From Thermodesulfobacteriota bacterium (GTDB lineage Bacteria > Desulfobacterota_D > UBA1144 > Nemesobacterales > Mycalebacteriaceae): 64,000 nucleotides of DNA. Positions 1 to 10,865 of this stretch are shown here, piece by piece; position 1 is the stretch's first letter, and each line of letters starts with the position of its first letter. The notes under the pieces were generated by a model. The model saw only the letters and a list, made by a program, of their open reading frames with translations, ran no database searches and was not told the origin of the DNA. The stretch lies in contig CBDAQI010000012.1 of the NCBI GenBank assembly GCA_965198945.1, positions 32,001 through 96,000 on the forward strand. The letters run 5' to 3'. The translations under genes and the position numbers were made by a program.

Positions 1-1077
1 AACCGAGCCGCCCCCGGGCCCCGCTATTCCGGTTATTCCGACGCCGATGTCTGAACCGAAACGCTTTTTCGCCCCTTCCGCCATAGCCCTTGCAACCTCA
101 TCGCTTACCGCTCCGTTTTTTTCAATGATTCCGGGGTCAATTCCGAGAATTTCACTTTTTGCCCCGTTTGAATATGCCGCGACGCCTCCGGGAAAATAAA
201 CCGAACTTCCCGCCATGTCGGTAAGTGTGGACGACAGCCCGCCCGCCGTGCATGATTCCGCGGTCGCAACCGTAAGATTTTTCTCCCGCAGAGTCTGCGC
301 AACGGCTTCGGCCAGACGTTCTCCCGATTTTGAAAAAGCATTTTCACCAAAATGTTCTTTGATTTGTTCGGCCGTTCTGTCAACCAACTCCGGGTCTTTG
401 TCGTGAAAAACCCTCACCTGAATCTCATCACTGCTAATAATTCTGTAGGCGGTTTCCACATTTGTGATTTTCATTTTCTCCATTTTTTGCGCAAGTTCGG
501 ACTCGGGTATGCCGAAAATCCCCACAGCCCTCAGTGAAAAAGAGAAAGATTCCTCGCCGCTCCTTTTCAGCACATCCGGCACCACAAAGTCGGTGATGAT
601 ATGTCTGAATTCACCCGGAACTCCGGGAAGAAAATAGAAGACAGCACCCTTTGACTCACATACAAAGCCCGGAGAGACGCCGTTTGGATTCGGGATGATT
701 TTCGCGTTTTCGGGAGCCATCGCCTGTTTCTTGTGCGCGGGCAGCATATTGCGCTTCATTTTTTTGAGGGCGTTTTTGACATGCCTGAGGGCTTCGGTGT
801 TCCGGGCAAGGGGCTCTCCGAGAAAGTCCGCCGCGCACTCAAGGGTTAAATCGTCGGGCGTGGGGCCAAGACCGCCGCACACAATCGTAAAATCAGCTTT
901 TCCGGAACTGCGAAGCGCGCTCACAATGTCTTTTCGTGAGTCTCCGACCGATATTCTGCGTTTCGGAGGGCTCATTCCCGCGCCGACAAACTCACGCGCG
1001 GCAAATGAAAAATTTCTGTCCTCCGTTGTTCCGGAAACGATTTCGTCTCCCACTGAAATAAATTCTATGTCAACCAA
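1..1077 (-). CDS. cinA: CinA competence/damage-inducible protein (molybdopterin-binding-like domain plus NMN deamidase PncC domain); 3' end runs off the window
   Basis: Manual translation, absent from the ORF track: TTG start then VDIEFISVGDEIVSG, GGLGPTPDDLT, AESCTAGGL, GAVSDEVARAMAEG, GITGIAGPGGG. Both ends are in the same frame. Confidence 0.93.
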   Translation of the reverse strand, partial: MVDIEFISVGDEIVSGTTEDRNFSFAAREFVGAGMSPPKRRISVGDSRKDIVSALRSSGKADFTIVCGGLGPTPDDLTLECAADFLGEPLARNTEALRHVKNALKKMKRNMLPAHKKQAMAPENAKIIPNPNGVSPGFVCESKGAVFYFLPGVPGEFRHIITDFVVPDVLKRSGEESFSFSLRAVGIFGIPESELAQKMEKMKITNVETAYRIISSDEIQVRVFHDKDPELVDRTAEQIKEHFGENAFSKSGERLAEAVAQTLREKNLTVATAESCTAGGLSSTLTDMAGSSVYFPGGVAAYSNGAKSEILGIDPGIIEKNGAVSDEVARAMAEGAKKRFGSDIGVGITGIAGPGGGSV

Positions 1078-1535
1078 GTCCGCCCACTTTTATAAATTTC
1101 AAAGCTCCGACGCAGAGCGCCGCGAGCAAGCCCGCGTAAATATCGTCCATAACTATACCCCAGCCACCGGGCAGCTTTTCAATCCGGCGCGAGGGGGGAA
1201 TTTTTAGTATGTCAAAAAATCTGAAAAGCAGAAAACCCGCGATAATTTCCCATTTTCCCCCGAAGACGGCAGCATTGCGGTAAAAAATCCGGCCGCTTCG
1301 TCAATAACTATCTTTTGCGGGTCTTTTTCACTGAAGGCAGGCGCGGCCCTGTCGCAGACAAAGACGGACACAAGCATAAAAATTATGCAGAAGAGCGCAA
1401 ACGGCGCTTTGCCCATGCCGGAGAGGAAAAGCGCATAAAAAAGCGCCGCGCCAATGGTGCCGAAGGTTCCCGGAGCCGCCGGAAGGTATCCGAGACCTAA
1501 GATGGAGGCGATGATTTTTTCAAGCCCGCCCGCTC
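1070..1535 (-). CDS. pgpA: Phosphatidylglycerophosphatase A, frameshifted near 1270; start codon unclear
   Basis: GLGYLPAAPGTFGT and KDPQKIVIDEAAG in one frame; FRFFDILK and GGWGIVMDDIYAG in another. pgpA next to cinA is a common arrangement. Confidence 0.85.
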
Positions 1536-2063
1536 TCAGTTTACGGCTCCCGATTCCAATTCCAGAAGGGTTTTTTTCATTTCAATTCCTCCTTCTCCGC
1601 TGAAACCGCCAAAACCGTTTTTGCCGACAACCCTGTGGCACGGAATCAGTATCAGAAAAACATTTGACGCAACCGCCTGTGCCACCGCTCTGCGGCGGGT
1701 TTCTCCACCCAGTGCTGAAGCGATTTCGGAATAAGTCCTCGTTTGTCCACATGGAATTTCTGATATTTTTTCCCATACACGCAGACGGAAATCCGAAACT
1801 TCAGACAGGAGCAAAAGCTTGTCTGACATTCTGGAGCGTCCGAACAGCGAGTTGTTTTCTCCCTTGAGGCAGGAAGAGACCCTTGAAAGCCCCGTCTCAA
1901 GATGTGTCAGTATCTCCGGCGGAATTTTCCGCCCGCTCAAATCCGTTCCGGGGTTTTCAAAGCTCACTGATATGCCGCTCAAACCCTCCATCCGGGCGCG
2001 GGCGGTCACAAAAATGCCGCAATCAAGTTCAACCGTACTGGAAAAAACCGGCTGTTGTTTCAT
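1536..2063 (-). CDS. ogt: Methylated-DNA--protein-cysteine S-methyltransferase
   Basis: IPCHRV active site and IPCGQTRTYSEIA. Start placed at MKQQ (2063) to avoid overlap with parA. Confidence 0.9.
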   Translation of the reverse strand: MKQQPVFSSTVELDCGIFVTARARMEGLSGISVSFENPGTDLSGRKIPPEILTHLETGLSRVSSCLKGENNSLFGRSRMSDKLLLLSEVSDFRLRVWEKISEIPCGQTRTYSEIASALGGETRRRAVAQAVASNVFLILIPCHRVVGKNGFGGFSGEGGIEMKKTLLELESGAVN

Positions 2064-2166
2064 ATTGAAAAGACCGCTCCGTAAGACTATAATTCCGGGG
2101 TTTGCATTGCAAGGTTGCCGTTGCCGAATTGAAAAATTTCTACCACAATTTACAGGGACTGTCTCT

Positions 2167-2955
2167 ATGGCAAAAATCATAGGGGTTATGAACCAGAAGG
2201 GCGGGGTGGGCAAGACCACGACCGCAGTGAACCTTTCGGCGAGTCTTGCGCTGATGGGGCGGAAAACTCTGCTTGTGGATTGCGACCCTCAGGGTAACTC
2301 GTCAAGCGGGGTCGGCGTTGACAGAAACGGCGGTGTGCCGACAATTTACGAAGTTATGCTCAATTCAAATTCCGCCGCGGAGGCAATCCTTAAAGTTTAT
2401 CCGGATTCTTTCGGAGGCATGCTGGATGTGATTCCGTCCAACTCAAGCCTTACGGGAGCGGAGGTTGAAATTCTTGAACTTGAAAACAGAGAGCAAATTC
2501 TGAAAGGCTGCTTAGTTGAGGTCTCTCATGACTACTCCTACATAATAATAGACTGCCCGCCTTCGCTTAACATTCTATCAATCAACGCGCTTGCCGCGTC
2601 GGATTCGGTGATAATTCCCATACAGTGTGAATACTACGCTCTTGAAGGGCTTGCCAATATCAAAAATGCCATGTCTCTTATACGCAGGCGCATCAACCCG
2701 CTTTTGCGGGTTGAGGGCTATCTTTTGACGATGTTTAACAAGAGAAACAACATCTGCCACTCAGTCGCGCGTGAGACGAGAAACCATTTCGCGGATGACA
2801 CTTTCAACACGGTCATATCAAGAAATGTCCGTCTTGCCGAGTGTCCGAGCTACGGGAAACCTCTTGCAATTTATGACGAAAATTCTCAGGGAGCGCAGGA
2901 CTACATGTCGCTTGCCGGGGAAATAATCAGGAAAAACGGAGGAGTTTCAAATTGA
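2167..2955 (+). CDS. parA: ParA/Soj chromosome partitioning ATPase
   Basis: NQKGGVGKTT, DCDPQGN, IIDCPPSL, QCEYYALEG; ATG at 2167. Confidence 0.96.
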   Translation: MAKIIGVMNQKGGVGKTTTAVNLSASLALMGRKTLLVDCDPQGNSSSGVGVDRNGGVPTIYEVMLNSNSAAEAILKVYPDSFGGMLDVIPSNSSLTGAEVEILELENREQILKGCLVEVSHDYSYIIIDCPPSLNILSINALAASDSVIIPIQCEYYALEGLANIKNAMSLIRRRINPLLRVEGYLLTMFNKRNNICHSVARETRNHFADDTFNTVISRNVRLAECPSYGKPLAIYDENSQGAQDYMSLAGEIIRKNGGVSN

Positions 2956-3827
2956 GAAAAAACACTCTTGGTAAAGGTCTGGAAGCGCTTATAGGGAGCG
3001 AGGCGGACCCCGCACCGGGCGGCGGTCTTGTTACTCTGCCCACGGGCAGACTCAAACCCGGCGCCGGGCAGCCGAGGAAGGATTTCAACGACAAAACTCT
3101 TGACGAGCTTGCGGATTCAATCAGTGAAAAAGGCGTGATTCAGCCGCTGATTGTCAGAAAGCAGGGCGACAAATATGAGATAATCGCCGGAGAAAGAAGA
3201 TGGAGGGCCGCTCAAAAGGCGGGGCTTCACGAAGTTCCCGTAATCGTCCGCGATTTTGCGGACGACGAGGCGCTTGAGACCGCCCTTATTGAAAACATCC
3301 AGCGCGAGGATTTAAACCCCCTTGAGGAGGCGCTTGCGTATCAGCGGTTGATTTCGGAGTTTGATCTGAAACATGAAGAGGTTTCAAAGCGGGTCGGCAA
3401 AAGCAGGGCGGCGGTTACAAACTCTTTGAGGCTTCTTAAGCTGTCCGTGCGGGCGCGGGAAGCGCTTTCATCGGGGCTTTTGTCAATGGGGCATGCAAGG
3501 GCGATACTTGGTCTCAAATCCGGTGAGGATGAAGACGCTGTTGCGGACAGGATAGCGGCTGCGGGCCTGTCCGTCAGGCAGACCGAGGCGCTTGTGCGCA
3601 GAATCAACGCTTCGGGCGCTGTGGGTGCAAAAACTTCACGAGGCTCGGAAACTGACATATATTTGAAAAGGCTTGAGCGGTCAATGCGGGAGAGCCTCGG
3701 CACAAAAGTGAATATAGAAGGCGGCAGAAAGAAGGGCAGGATAGTGATTCATTACTCATCCGCTGACGAGCTTGAGGGTTTGCTTTTTGAGATGACAAAC
3801 CGAAGCCCGGTTCCGGTAAAATCCTGA
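2952..3827 (+). CDS. parB: ParB/Spo0J partition protein
   Basis: LGKGLEALI, QPRK, IIAGERRWRAA, ENIQREDLNPLEEA; 4-nt overlap with parA. Confidence 0.96.
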   Translation: MRKNTLGKGLEALIGSEADPAPGGGLVTLPTGRLKPGAGQPRKDFNDKTLDELADSISEKGVIQPLIVRKQGDKYEIIAGERRWRAAQKAGLHEVPVIVRDFADDEALETALIENIQREDLNPLEEALAYQRLISEFDLKHEEVSKRVGKSRAAVTNSLRLLKLSVRAREALSSGLLSMGHARAILGLKSGEDEDAVADRIAAAGLSVRQTEALVRRINASGAVGAKTSRGSETDIYLKRLERSMRESLGTKVNIEGGRKKGRIVIHYSSADELEGLLFEMTNRSPVPVKS

Positions 3828-3830
3828 CAA

Positions 3831-4100
3831 ATGAAGGTTTTTGAAGTGAAAATTGAAATTCGTCCGGCAAAGGGCGTGCTTGACCCGCAGGGCAAGACCA
3901 TTTTCTCCACGCTCGGCAGACTGGGTTTTCGTGGTGTTTCTTCTGTGACGGCGGGAAAACTCATAGAGCTGACCCTTGAATCCGCCGATGAGAAGTCCGC
4001 AAAAGACGAGGCGCGCAAAATGTGCTCTCAGCTTCTTGCAAATCCCGTCATAGAGGTTTTTTCAATACAAGTTACGGAAGCGGAAAAGGCCGTTGCCTGA
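3831..4100 (+). CDS. purS: Phosphoribosylformylglycinamidine synthase subunit PurS
   Basis: VLDPQG and LLANPVIE motifs. Confidence 0.95.
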   Translation: MKVFEVKIEIRPAKGVLDPQGKTIFSTLGRLGFRGVSSVTAGKLIELTLESADEKSAKDEARKMCSQLLANPVIEVFSIQVTEAEKAVA

Positions 4101-4794
4101 TTTTGGCGTAATTGTTTTTCCGGGTTCAAACTGCGATGCGGACTGTCTGCGTGCGGTTAAAGGTCTTGGATACGGGGGAGTCAGTATCTGGCATGAAGAG
4201 ACTTCCCTTGACGGCATTGACTGTGTTGTAATTCCCGGCGGTTTTTCCTACGGAGACTATTTGAGAACCGGCGTTATGGCGTCTCTTTCGCCCGTGATGG
4301 AAAGTGTAAGGAGTTTCGCGCGGGAGGGTAAGCCCGTGATAGGCATCTGCAACGGTTTTCAGATACTTGCCGAAAGCGGTCTTGTTCCCGGGGCGTTTAT
4401 ACGGAATTCAGGTTTGAGGTTTGTCTGCAGGTGGACTTATGTGCGTGTTGAAAACACCGACACGCCTTTTACCGCGTCTCTGAAAAAAGGCGATGTTTTG
4501 ACAATTCCGGTGGCAAACGGCGAGGGGGCTTTTTTCTGTACAGAGAATGAGCTCGGCGGTATGGAGAACGAAGGACGAATTGTTTTCAAATACTGTTCGG
4601 AAGACGGCGATATAACTTCCGAAGCCAATCCCAACGGCTCGGTTTCAAACATAGCGGGCGTTTGCGGTGAAAAAAGCAATGTGCTTGGGATGATGCCTCA
4701 TCCTGAAAGATGCTGCGACGCTGTTCTCGGCGGAACCGACGGGACGGCGATCTTCAAATCGGTCGCCGATTTTATTTTACGGGAAAACGGATAG
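4093..4794 (+). CDS. purQ: Phosphoribosylformylglycinamidine synthase subunit PurQ
   Basis: FPGSNCD, GGFSYGDYLR, GICNGFQIL, GMMPHPER. Confidence 0.97.
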   Translation: MPDFGVIVFPGSNCDADCLRAVKGLGYGGVSIWHEETSLDGIDCVVIPGGFSYGDYLRTGVMASLSPVMESVRSFAREGKPVIGICNGFQILAESGLVPGAFIRNSGLRFVCRWTYVRVENTDTPFTASLKKGDVLTIPVANGEGAFFCTENELGGMENEGRIVFKYCSEDGDITSEANPNGSVSNIAGVCGEKSNVLGMMPHPERCCDAVLGGTDGTAIFKSVADFILRENG

Positions 4795-4859
4795 AAGAAC
4801 CGTCTCGTATTTTTCAACCGTTAATCTGACATTTGAACCTTGCGCATTTTCATCGTCTA

Positions 4860-5118
4860 TCCGATGGCGGCACGGCACGGAAGGGCAAAACGGCTAACGA
4901 CCCTGAGGCGGCGGCATCGCCTGGGATGTCATAGTTATCGGGGATGACTATCTTACCGTTCCCACTGGCCGGGTAACGCTGGGTTCACGGAAGATCAGGA
5001 CATTGAAGACGCCTCCGGCAATGCCGTTATCGAGACGATTGTGGTCACGGGTGGAATATACGGAAGAGACGAAATACATATGAGGTCAGGTTCTGACGGA
5101 AACTCCCTACTCAGGTAA
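4860..5118 (+). pseudogene. Possible degraded fragment of a surface protein with an Ig-like repeat
   Basis: Two offset frames read WDVIVIGDDYLTVPTGRVTL and GFTEDQDIEDASGNAVIETIVVTG. D-A-x-G-N is typical of bacterial Ig-like repeats. No intact ORF. Confidence 0.3.
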
Positions 5119-5505
5119 AAACGGGCTTGTATTTTTTCAATTGCCCGATAAAAATTTCCATGTCGGCTCTCACTTCCGCATCTTGGGGCAGACAGACTCA
5201 GGAGCGGAGTCGGCTGAAGATTATTTCCTGCAATTTATGGCATAATTTTTTGACCGGCTGCCACGAAAACTCCTTTCCACTGCGGTTAGCCTTAAAGTTT
5301 TCCATTTTTGTGACAATTTAATTAAGTAACAAACAAAAAAAACAGACCCGTTTGTGTATATTGCTATATTGTATGTATTAAGGATCATGTCTATATTCAA
5401 AACGAAACTGGAATTGAAAAGTGTTGCATTTCGCAACTAAAATCAGGAATTTGATTTTTCCGGTTGTAAAATTCTTATACTCAAATATACATTCGGGAGA
5501 CAAAA

Positions 5506-7962
5506 ATGAAGAAATTTCTGCCAGCCTTAATAGTGTTTTGCCTTGTTCTGACTGGTTGTGGCGGCGGTGGCGGTTCTCCTCAGGTTCTCGGTCCTCAACC
5601 CGTTGGTCCGGAGAATCCTATTGAGCCTCCACCCCCGCCGGATTTGCCGACTTTGCCGGATACACAGGTGGTGCAGTCTCCTCCCTCTTCAGCACGAACA
5701 ATCGAGCAGCTTGAGAATTTTTACGGCACATATTTGTCCGAATCCATAGCCGGGGGTGAATTTGGACTTATCAATCTTGATAGCGCATATGCGAATCTTT
5801 ACATGGCACGGGGCGCGGATGAGTCCGCACGACCCGGCAACGGAGTTACAATAGGATTTATTGACACCGGTTTGGATACTGCACATCCGGCCTTTCATGG
5901 CAAGAGAATGACTGTTGAATATTTCGGGTCTGCATCCGCAGGTTCCGATTTGAAAAATGGCGGTTCACACGGAACGAGCGTTGCGAGCATAGCCGCCGGA
6001 GTGCGTCAAGACTGGCAGTTTCCCTCCGAGGGGAGGGAGGTTGGTTTTGTTACTAGAACTTCGGAGGGTGTTGCTCCGGGAGCCAATATCAGGATGCTTG
6101 CCATACCTCTGGGCAGCCCTCCGCCGGATTATCAAATTTCCGCCCCGACTGAAGGCGGATTGCGGGAATTTGATTTGTTTCAAACTTCAGTTTTAAGGGC
6201 GGCCCTCAGCCCGGATCGCAATATTGATATTTTGAATTTGAGTTTCGGCACTGACTCCAATATCAGCGACTATTCGGAAATAGCGCTTCGCAATTCATTC
6301 GGTGAAGAGATACAGATTTTAGCCCAGAGCGGTCGCTCCAATAAGACTCTTCTTGTTTGGGCGGCCGGGAATGAGAATGAGGGTGATTGTGTGAACGGAA
6401 CTCCGAGTTGCGTGAATGGCGAGTTTGACGCTTCTTCTCCGGGAATACAACCCGGACTAACGTATCGCATACCCGAACTGCGTCCTCACTCGGTTGCTGT
6501 TGTGGCGGTCAAACAGGACGGAACGATTACGGATTTTTCCAGCAGATGCGGGGTCGCCGCCGATTGGTGTATAGCCGCCCCGGGTGAAGAAATCGGAGTT
6601 GCATATTCCAGACAAATGTCTGATGGCAGCATAAAAAGAAGCGTATCGGACCGGTATATAGGCACCTCTTTTGCGGCTCCGATAGTGTCCGGCGGTCTGG
6701 CCTTTGATGAAGCAGCAGTTTCGGGGTCAGTTGAGTAATGTTGAGTTGCTTGCCCGGATGTTTGCCACTGCCACAAAGAGGGGGATTTATGCCAACGAAC
6801 CCATTTACGGGCAGGGTCTTTTGAACCTCGGAGCCGCGACCGAGCCCGTGGGAGCGCCCGCTGTTCCATCCGGAGCGGGTTTTCTGAACGATGAAGGCGG
6901 CTGGCAGTTTGCGCCTGTGTCGGCCACGCGCATGGAGACCGGCGAAGCTTTTGGAGACGCTCTTTCACGCTCTTTTGCGGGGCAGGAAATTGCCGCGTTT
7001 GATTCTCTGGACGCTCCGTTCTGGTATCCGCTTGAGACATTTGCGCTGAAGACTGAGAGATCTCAGGTTCGGCGGCACTTGATGGGTTTTATGGATTTTT
7101 CAAACAGCGATGCTGATATGGCGGGCAGTATATCAACAACCGGGTCAAGGGCGCCCGTTGTTCAGTTTGAGGGGAATCAGTTTGGCGGTTTTGAAGACGG
7201 CCGGACGCCTGCGGTTTATTTTTCAATGTCAAGGGGCGTGTTTGACAATTCCCGCAGCATTGAGCGAGCGGGTCTGCTGTCTTTGTTTGACAATAAAGTG
7301 TTCGCACGTCTGGAAGTCCGAAGATTTTACGGTTCTGGCGTTTACTTCGGAATAGAGAGCGGCGAAAGGGCCCGCCGAGGGAGCGGTTGTTTCCTACAGT
7401 CTGCCAAACCTGCCTCTGACTCTGCGCTCGGGCTACGTTTCAGAATCAAGATCCGCTTTGGGGGCGACGGGGGGAGGGGGGCTTTCGGGGAATTGTCTTC
7501 ATCAACGATTTTTGCGGGCATGGGTTTTAATTACGAACTTGCGGGTTTGGCGTTTGGCGGGGGATGCGGAGATGGGTGTGTCTTCTGCCGGGAGCGGAGC
7601 CGGATTGATTGGTGATGTGTCTGAGGTGACAACGAGTTCATTTTCATTGGAACTTGCGCGGAGTTTTTTCAGTGATTCTGAGATAAGAGTTTCGGTGTCT
7701 TCACCTGTGAGGGTTGAGAGCGGGACAATGGGTTTGGCGGTTCCGGGTGGGCAGGACGCATGAGGGCGCGATTTTGAGAAGAAACCTTGAGGCTAATCTT
7801 GAGCCGTCGGGCAGGCAGGTGGATGGTGGGGGTTCAGTTGGTGACACAGACACGTGTCGGCAAGGTGAGTTTCGGAGGGTGTTGCTACCCGCGAGCCGGG
7901 ACACGATAAAGACTCTGAACCTTCTCTTTCTCTCCTTGCCGGCTTACAGCATGAATTTCTGA
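5506..7962 (+). CDS. Lipoprotein S8 (subtilisin-like) serine peptidase with a putative C-terminal beta-barrel; split by several frameshifts
   Basis: Lipobox LTGC then GGGGG and a Pro-rich linker. Catalytic motifs IDTG, HGTSVA, AAGN, GTSFAAP. Continues in ORFs 6704, 7110, 7458 and 7714, ending YSMNF. Confidence 0.85.
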
Positions 7963-8035
7963 CGGGGGTTTTGTTTTCCGCCCGTCCGGCGCGGGCTTCA
8001 AACTTTCTTTTTTTCTGTGGTATTTTCATCCGGTA

Positions 8036-8272
8036 ATGGCTGAAAAAGACTGTCAGTTTATAGACATCACGGGCGAGGTCTGCCCCATGACTTCAATTAA
8101 AACAAAATTGAAATTGAAAAACATGCCTGCCGGCGCGGTTTCTGGAAGTGCGTCTATGTGAAGGGGAGCCGGTTGAAAATCTGCCCCGCACGATTGAGCG
8201 GGAAGGTCATAAGATTCTTGAAGTAAAAAAAGAGGGCTCTTTCTGCACAGTTCAGGATACGGCGCGGGCTGA
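8036..8272 (+). CDS. TusA/SirA family sulfur carrier, frameshifted
   Basis: Manual translation MAEKDCQFIDITGEVCPMTSIKTKLKL, then LEVRLCEGEPVENLPRTIEREGHKIL in a shifted frame; contains the CP motif. Confidence 0.82.
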
Positions 8273-8273
8273 T

Positions 8274-9237
8274 ATGCGTGAAGCAATAAAAAATTGAAAA
8301 TGAGGTCTGCGGTCTCCGTTTCGCGTTCGGTGGTTGATTTCATCGGAGAGACTCCGCTTATAAGACTCGGCAAAAATTGCTCCCGATGTTCCTGACACCG
8401 TTGAAATTCATGCAAAGGCGGAATGGTTGAATCCCGGAGGTTCGGTGAAAGACCGCGCCGCCCCTCCGGATGGTTTCCGAGAGCGATTAAGAAAGGCGAT
8501 TTGAGTAAAGGGGCGCGCCATAAATGGACTCATCGTCCGGCAACACGGCGATAGCATATGCCATGATAGGGGCGTCCCTTGGATTCCCGGTGGAAAATAG
8601 TGGCGGCCGGAAAATATCAACCTTGAAAGGAAGAAAACCATTGAAGCGTTCGGTGCTGAAATCATTTATTCAGACCCGCTTGAGGGGTTCTGACGGCGCA
8701 ATTCTGCTCGCGCGGAAAAATCAAAGAGCAATCGCCTGACAAATACTTTATGCCGGACCAATACAACAACCCCCTCAACCCGCTCGCTCATTATGAAACA
8801 ACGGCGCCTGAAATTTGGGAGCAGACCGGGGGGCGTGTTACGCACTTTATAGCGGGAAGTGGGCACAAGCGGAACAATTATGGGCGCTTCCCGGAGACTC
8901 AAAGAAACTCAACCCCGAAGTGAAAACTTTCGCCGTTGAGCCCGCGGAAGTTCTTCACAGGTCCTTGAGGGGCTCAAACATATTAGGACTATCAATAGTG
9001 CCCGGAATCTATAATTCGAAAGGGTTTGACGGCACAATGTTTGTTTCCACCGAAAAATCTTACGCAATGATGGAGTCAATGGTAGAGGGCGGAAGGCATA
9101 TTTATAGGACATTCCGGCGGAGCGGCGGTTTTTGCGGCTGTTGAAACTTGCACGCGGGACTTGATTCCGGTGTTGTCGTTAACGGTGCTTCCTGACAGCG
9201 GGAGTCAGGTAATTTAAGCGAGAAACTGTGGTGGTAG
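8274..9237 (+). CDS. PLP-dependent cysteine synthase family protein (CysM-like), many frameshifts
   Basis: Fragments IGETPLIRL, KAEWLNPGGSVKDR, DSSSGNTAIAYAMIGA, DQYNNP, HYETTAPEI, GTSGTIMG, TVLPDSG. Confidence 0.85.
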
Positions 9238-9652
9238 AGATTCTCAAAGCAGCAGTTTTTGAAGGTATGAAAAAACATGCGGAAAGGGGTTATCCCAATG
9301 AGGTAGTGCGGAAGTGATGATAGGCGCCGGAAGTCTGATAACGGAATTTGCCGAGTTGGTATCGTAATCTCAATAAACGAAAGGGGCTCATGACAGATAC
9401 GAGCTTGACCCTCTGTCTTTTAGCGAGGCCGACACGGAAGCGAGAAAGAAAAACTTGGACATAGTGGGCATATATCATTCCCACCCCGACCATCCCGCGC
9501 GTCCTTCGGAGACGGACAGAATCAGGGCCTGGAGCGGCTGGGAATATTTGATAATTTCAATAGAAAAAGGCGCGTTCAAAAAAGCCGGTCTCTGGCGTTT
9601 GAACGAAAAAACCCGTCAGTTTGAAAAAAGGGATTTTTCCTTTTCCGGTTAG
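9231..9652 (+). CDS. JAB/Mov34 (M67) metallopeptidase, Mec-like, frameshifted
   Basis: HAERGYPNE at the N-terminus; JAMM motif YHSHPDHPARPSETD. Confidence 0.87.
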
Positions 9653-9761
9653 CGGAGCAGTTTTTTCAGTGTGCCGGACAATTTTTACTTTATTTTCTTC
9701 CCGTCTTTTTGTTAGAATTTCCGCCTTAATATGCTATAAATAAGTGAAACGGGGGGAGTCT

Positions 9762-10850
9762 ATGTTTAAAAGGTTTTTATTGATTGCGGTTTTTGCCGTT
9801 TTTGCGGGAGCGGGTTATTTTTCACTTGAAAGGCCCGGTGAGCTGAGGGATAGGGTCGGTTTCCTTTTTGCCGGAACCGGTTATTCCCCGCCTGAAAAGA
9901 GTGTTTCAACTCAAACTCAAAGCCAAACGGTTCCTGAGAAGCCGGCTGACACTTTTGTTCTGTCTTATAAAATAAGAGAGGGGGACTCTCTCAGCCTTAT
10001 AGCCCACAGGTTCGGAATAAAAACCGATGAACTTGCAAAGGCAAACTCCATAAAAGACGGCGTCATCTACGCGGGAGAACCGCTGGACATTCCGTTGGAC
10101 AAGCGAGCGATTGTGTTCATTCACACTGTTTCCGGAGGAGAAACTCTTTCGTCTCTGGCGGAATTATACCGGACAAGCGTTCACAGCATAATGAGGCTCA
10201 ACCATATGCAGGATGACGCCATTTTTGCCTCCCACAAACTTCTTGTCAGCAGAAGTCCCCGACATCAATTCAAGGTTTGTGGTTTTCAAGGTCGGAGAGG
10301 GTGACACGGAGAGTGAAATTTCAAACACTTTCGGCTATGAGCATGAAGGAAATCGGCAAACTTAACGTTTCCAATCCCGGATGGATGAGTCCGGGCTCTC
10401 ACATAGTTGTAGACACTTTTGAATACACTTATTCTGACAAAACCAAAGAGCGCATAATAGAGACCGCAAAAGTCTATCTGGGGGCTCCCTACAAATACGG
10501 CGGAAATTCAACCGAAACGGGCATAGACTGTTCCGCATATGTTAAAAAGGTTTTCTCTTATCTCGGGGTGAATCTGCCCAGAACCGTAAAGGTGGATGCA
10601 CAAGCACGCTGACGGTCGGTGGGTGAAAAGAGAACGGCTTGAAAAAGGCGATCTGGTTTTCTTTGAAACGGACAGACCGTTTCCGTCTCATATCGGCATC
10701 TACATTGAAAATGACAAATTTATACACGCTTCATCGGCCAGCGGAAAAGTGGTAATATCAGACCTCCGCGCACCCTATTACTCAAAGACCTATATAGGCG
10801 CCAAGAGGATTTATTTGAAGAGCCACGGCATGGTTGCTTTGAAAAATTAG
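9762..10850 (+). CDS. LysM-repeat plus NlpC/P60 (C40) peptidoglycan hydrolase, two frameshifts
   Basis: LysM repeats YKIREGDSLSLIA and HTVSGGETLSSLA; NlpC/P60 motifs PYKYGG, GIDCSAY, GDLVFF, HIGIY, FIHASS spread over three ORFs. Confidence 0.88.
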
Positions 10851-10865
10851 GGAAATAAATTTTGA

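Noticed and set aside
2056..2071. parS-like sequence TGTTTCATATTGAAAA upstream of parA
   Set aside because: The centre has 3 nt rather than the 2 nt of TGTTTCACGTGAAACA, the right arm is imperfect, and it overlaps the ogt start codon.
1819..2219. Apparent overlapping N-terminal extensions of ParA and Ogt
   Set aside because: This comes from longest-ORF calling. Family homology for ParA begins at 2167, and Ogt has a plausible ATG at 2063.
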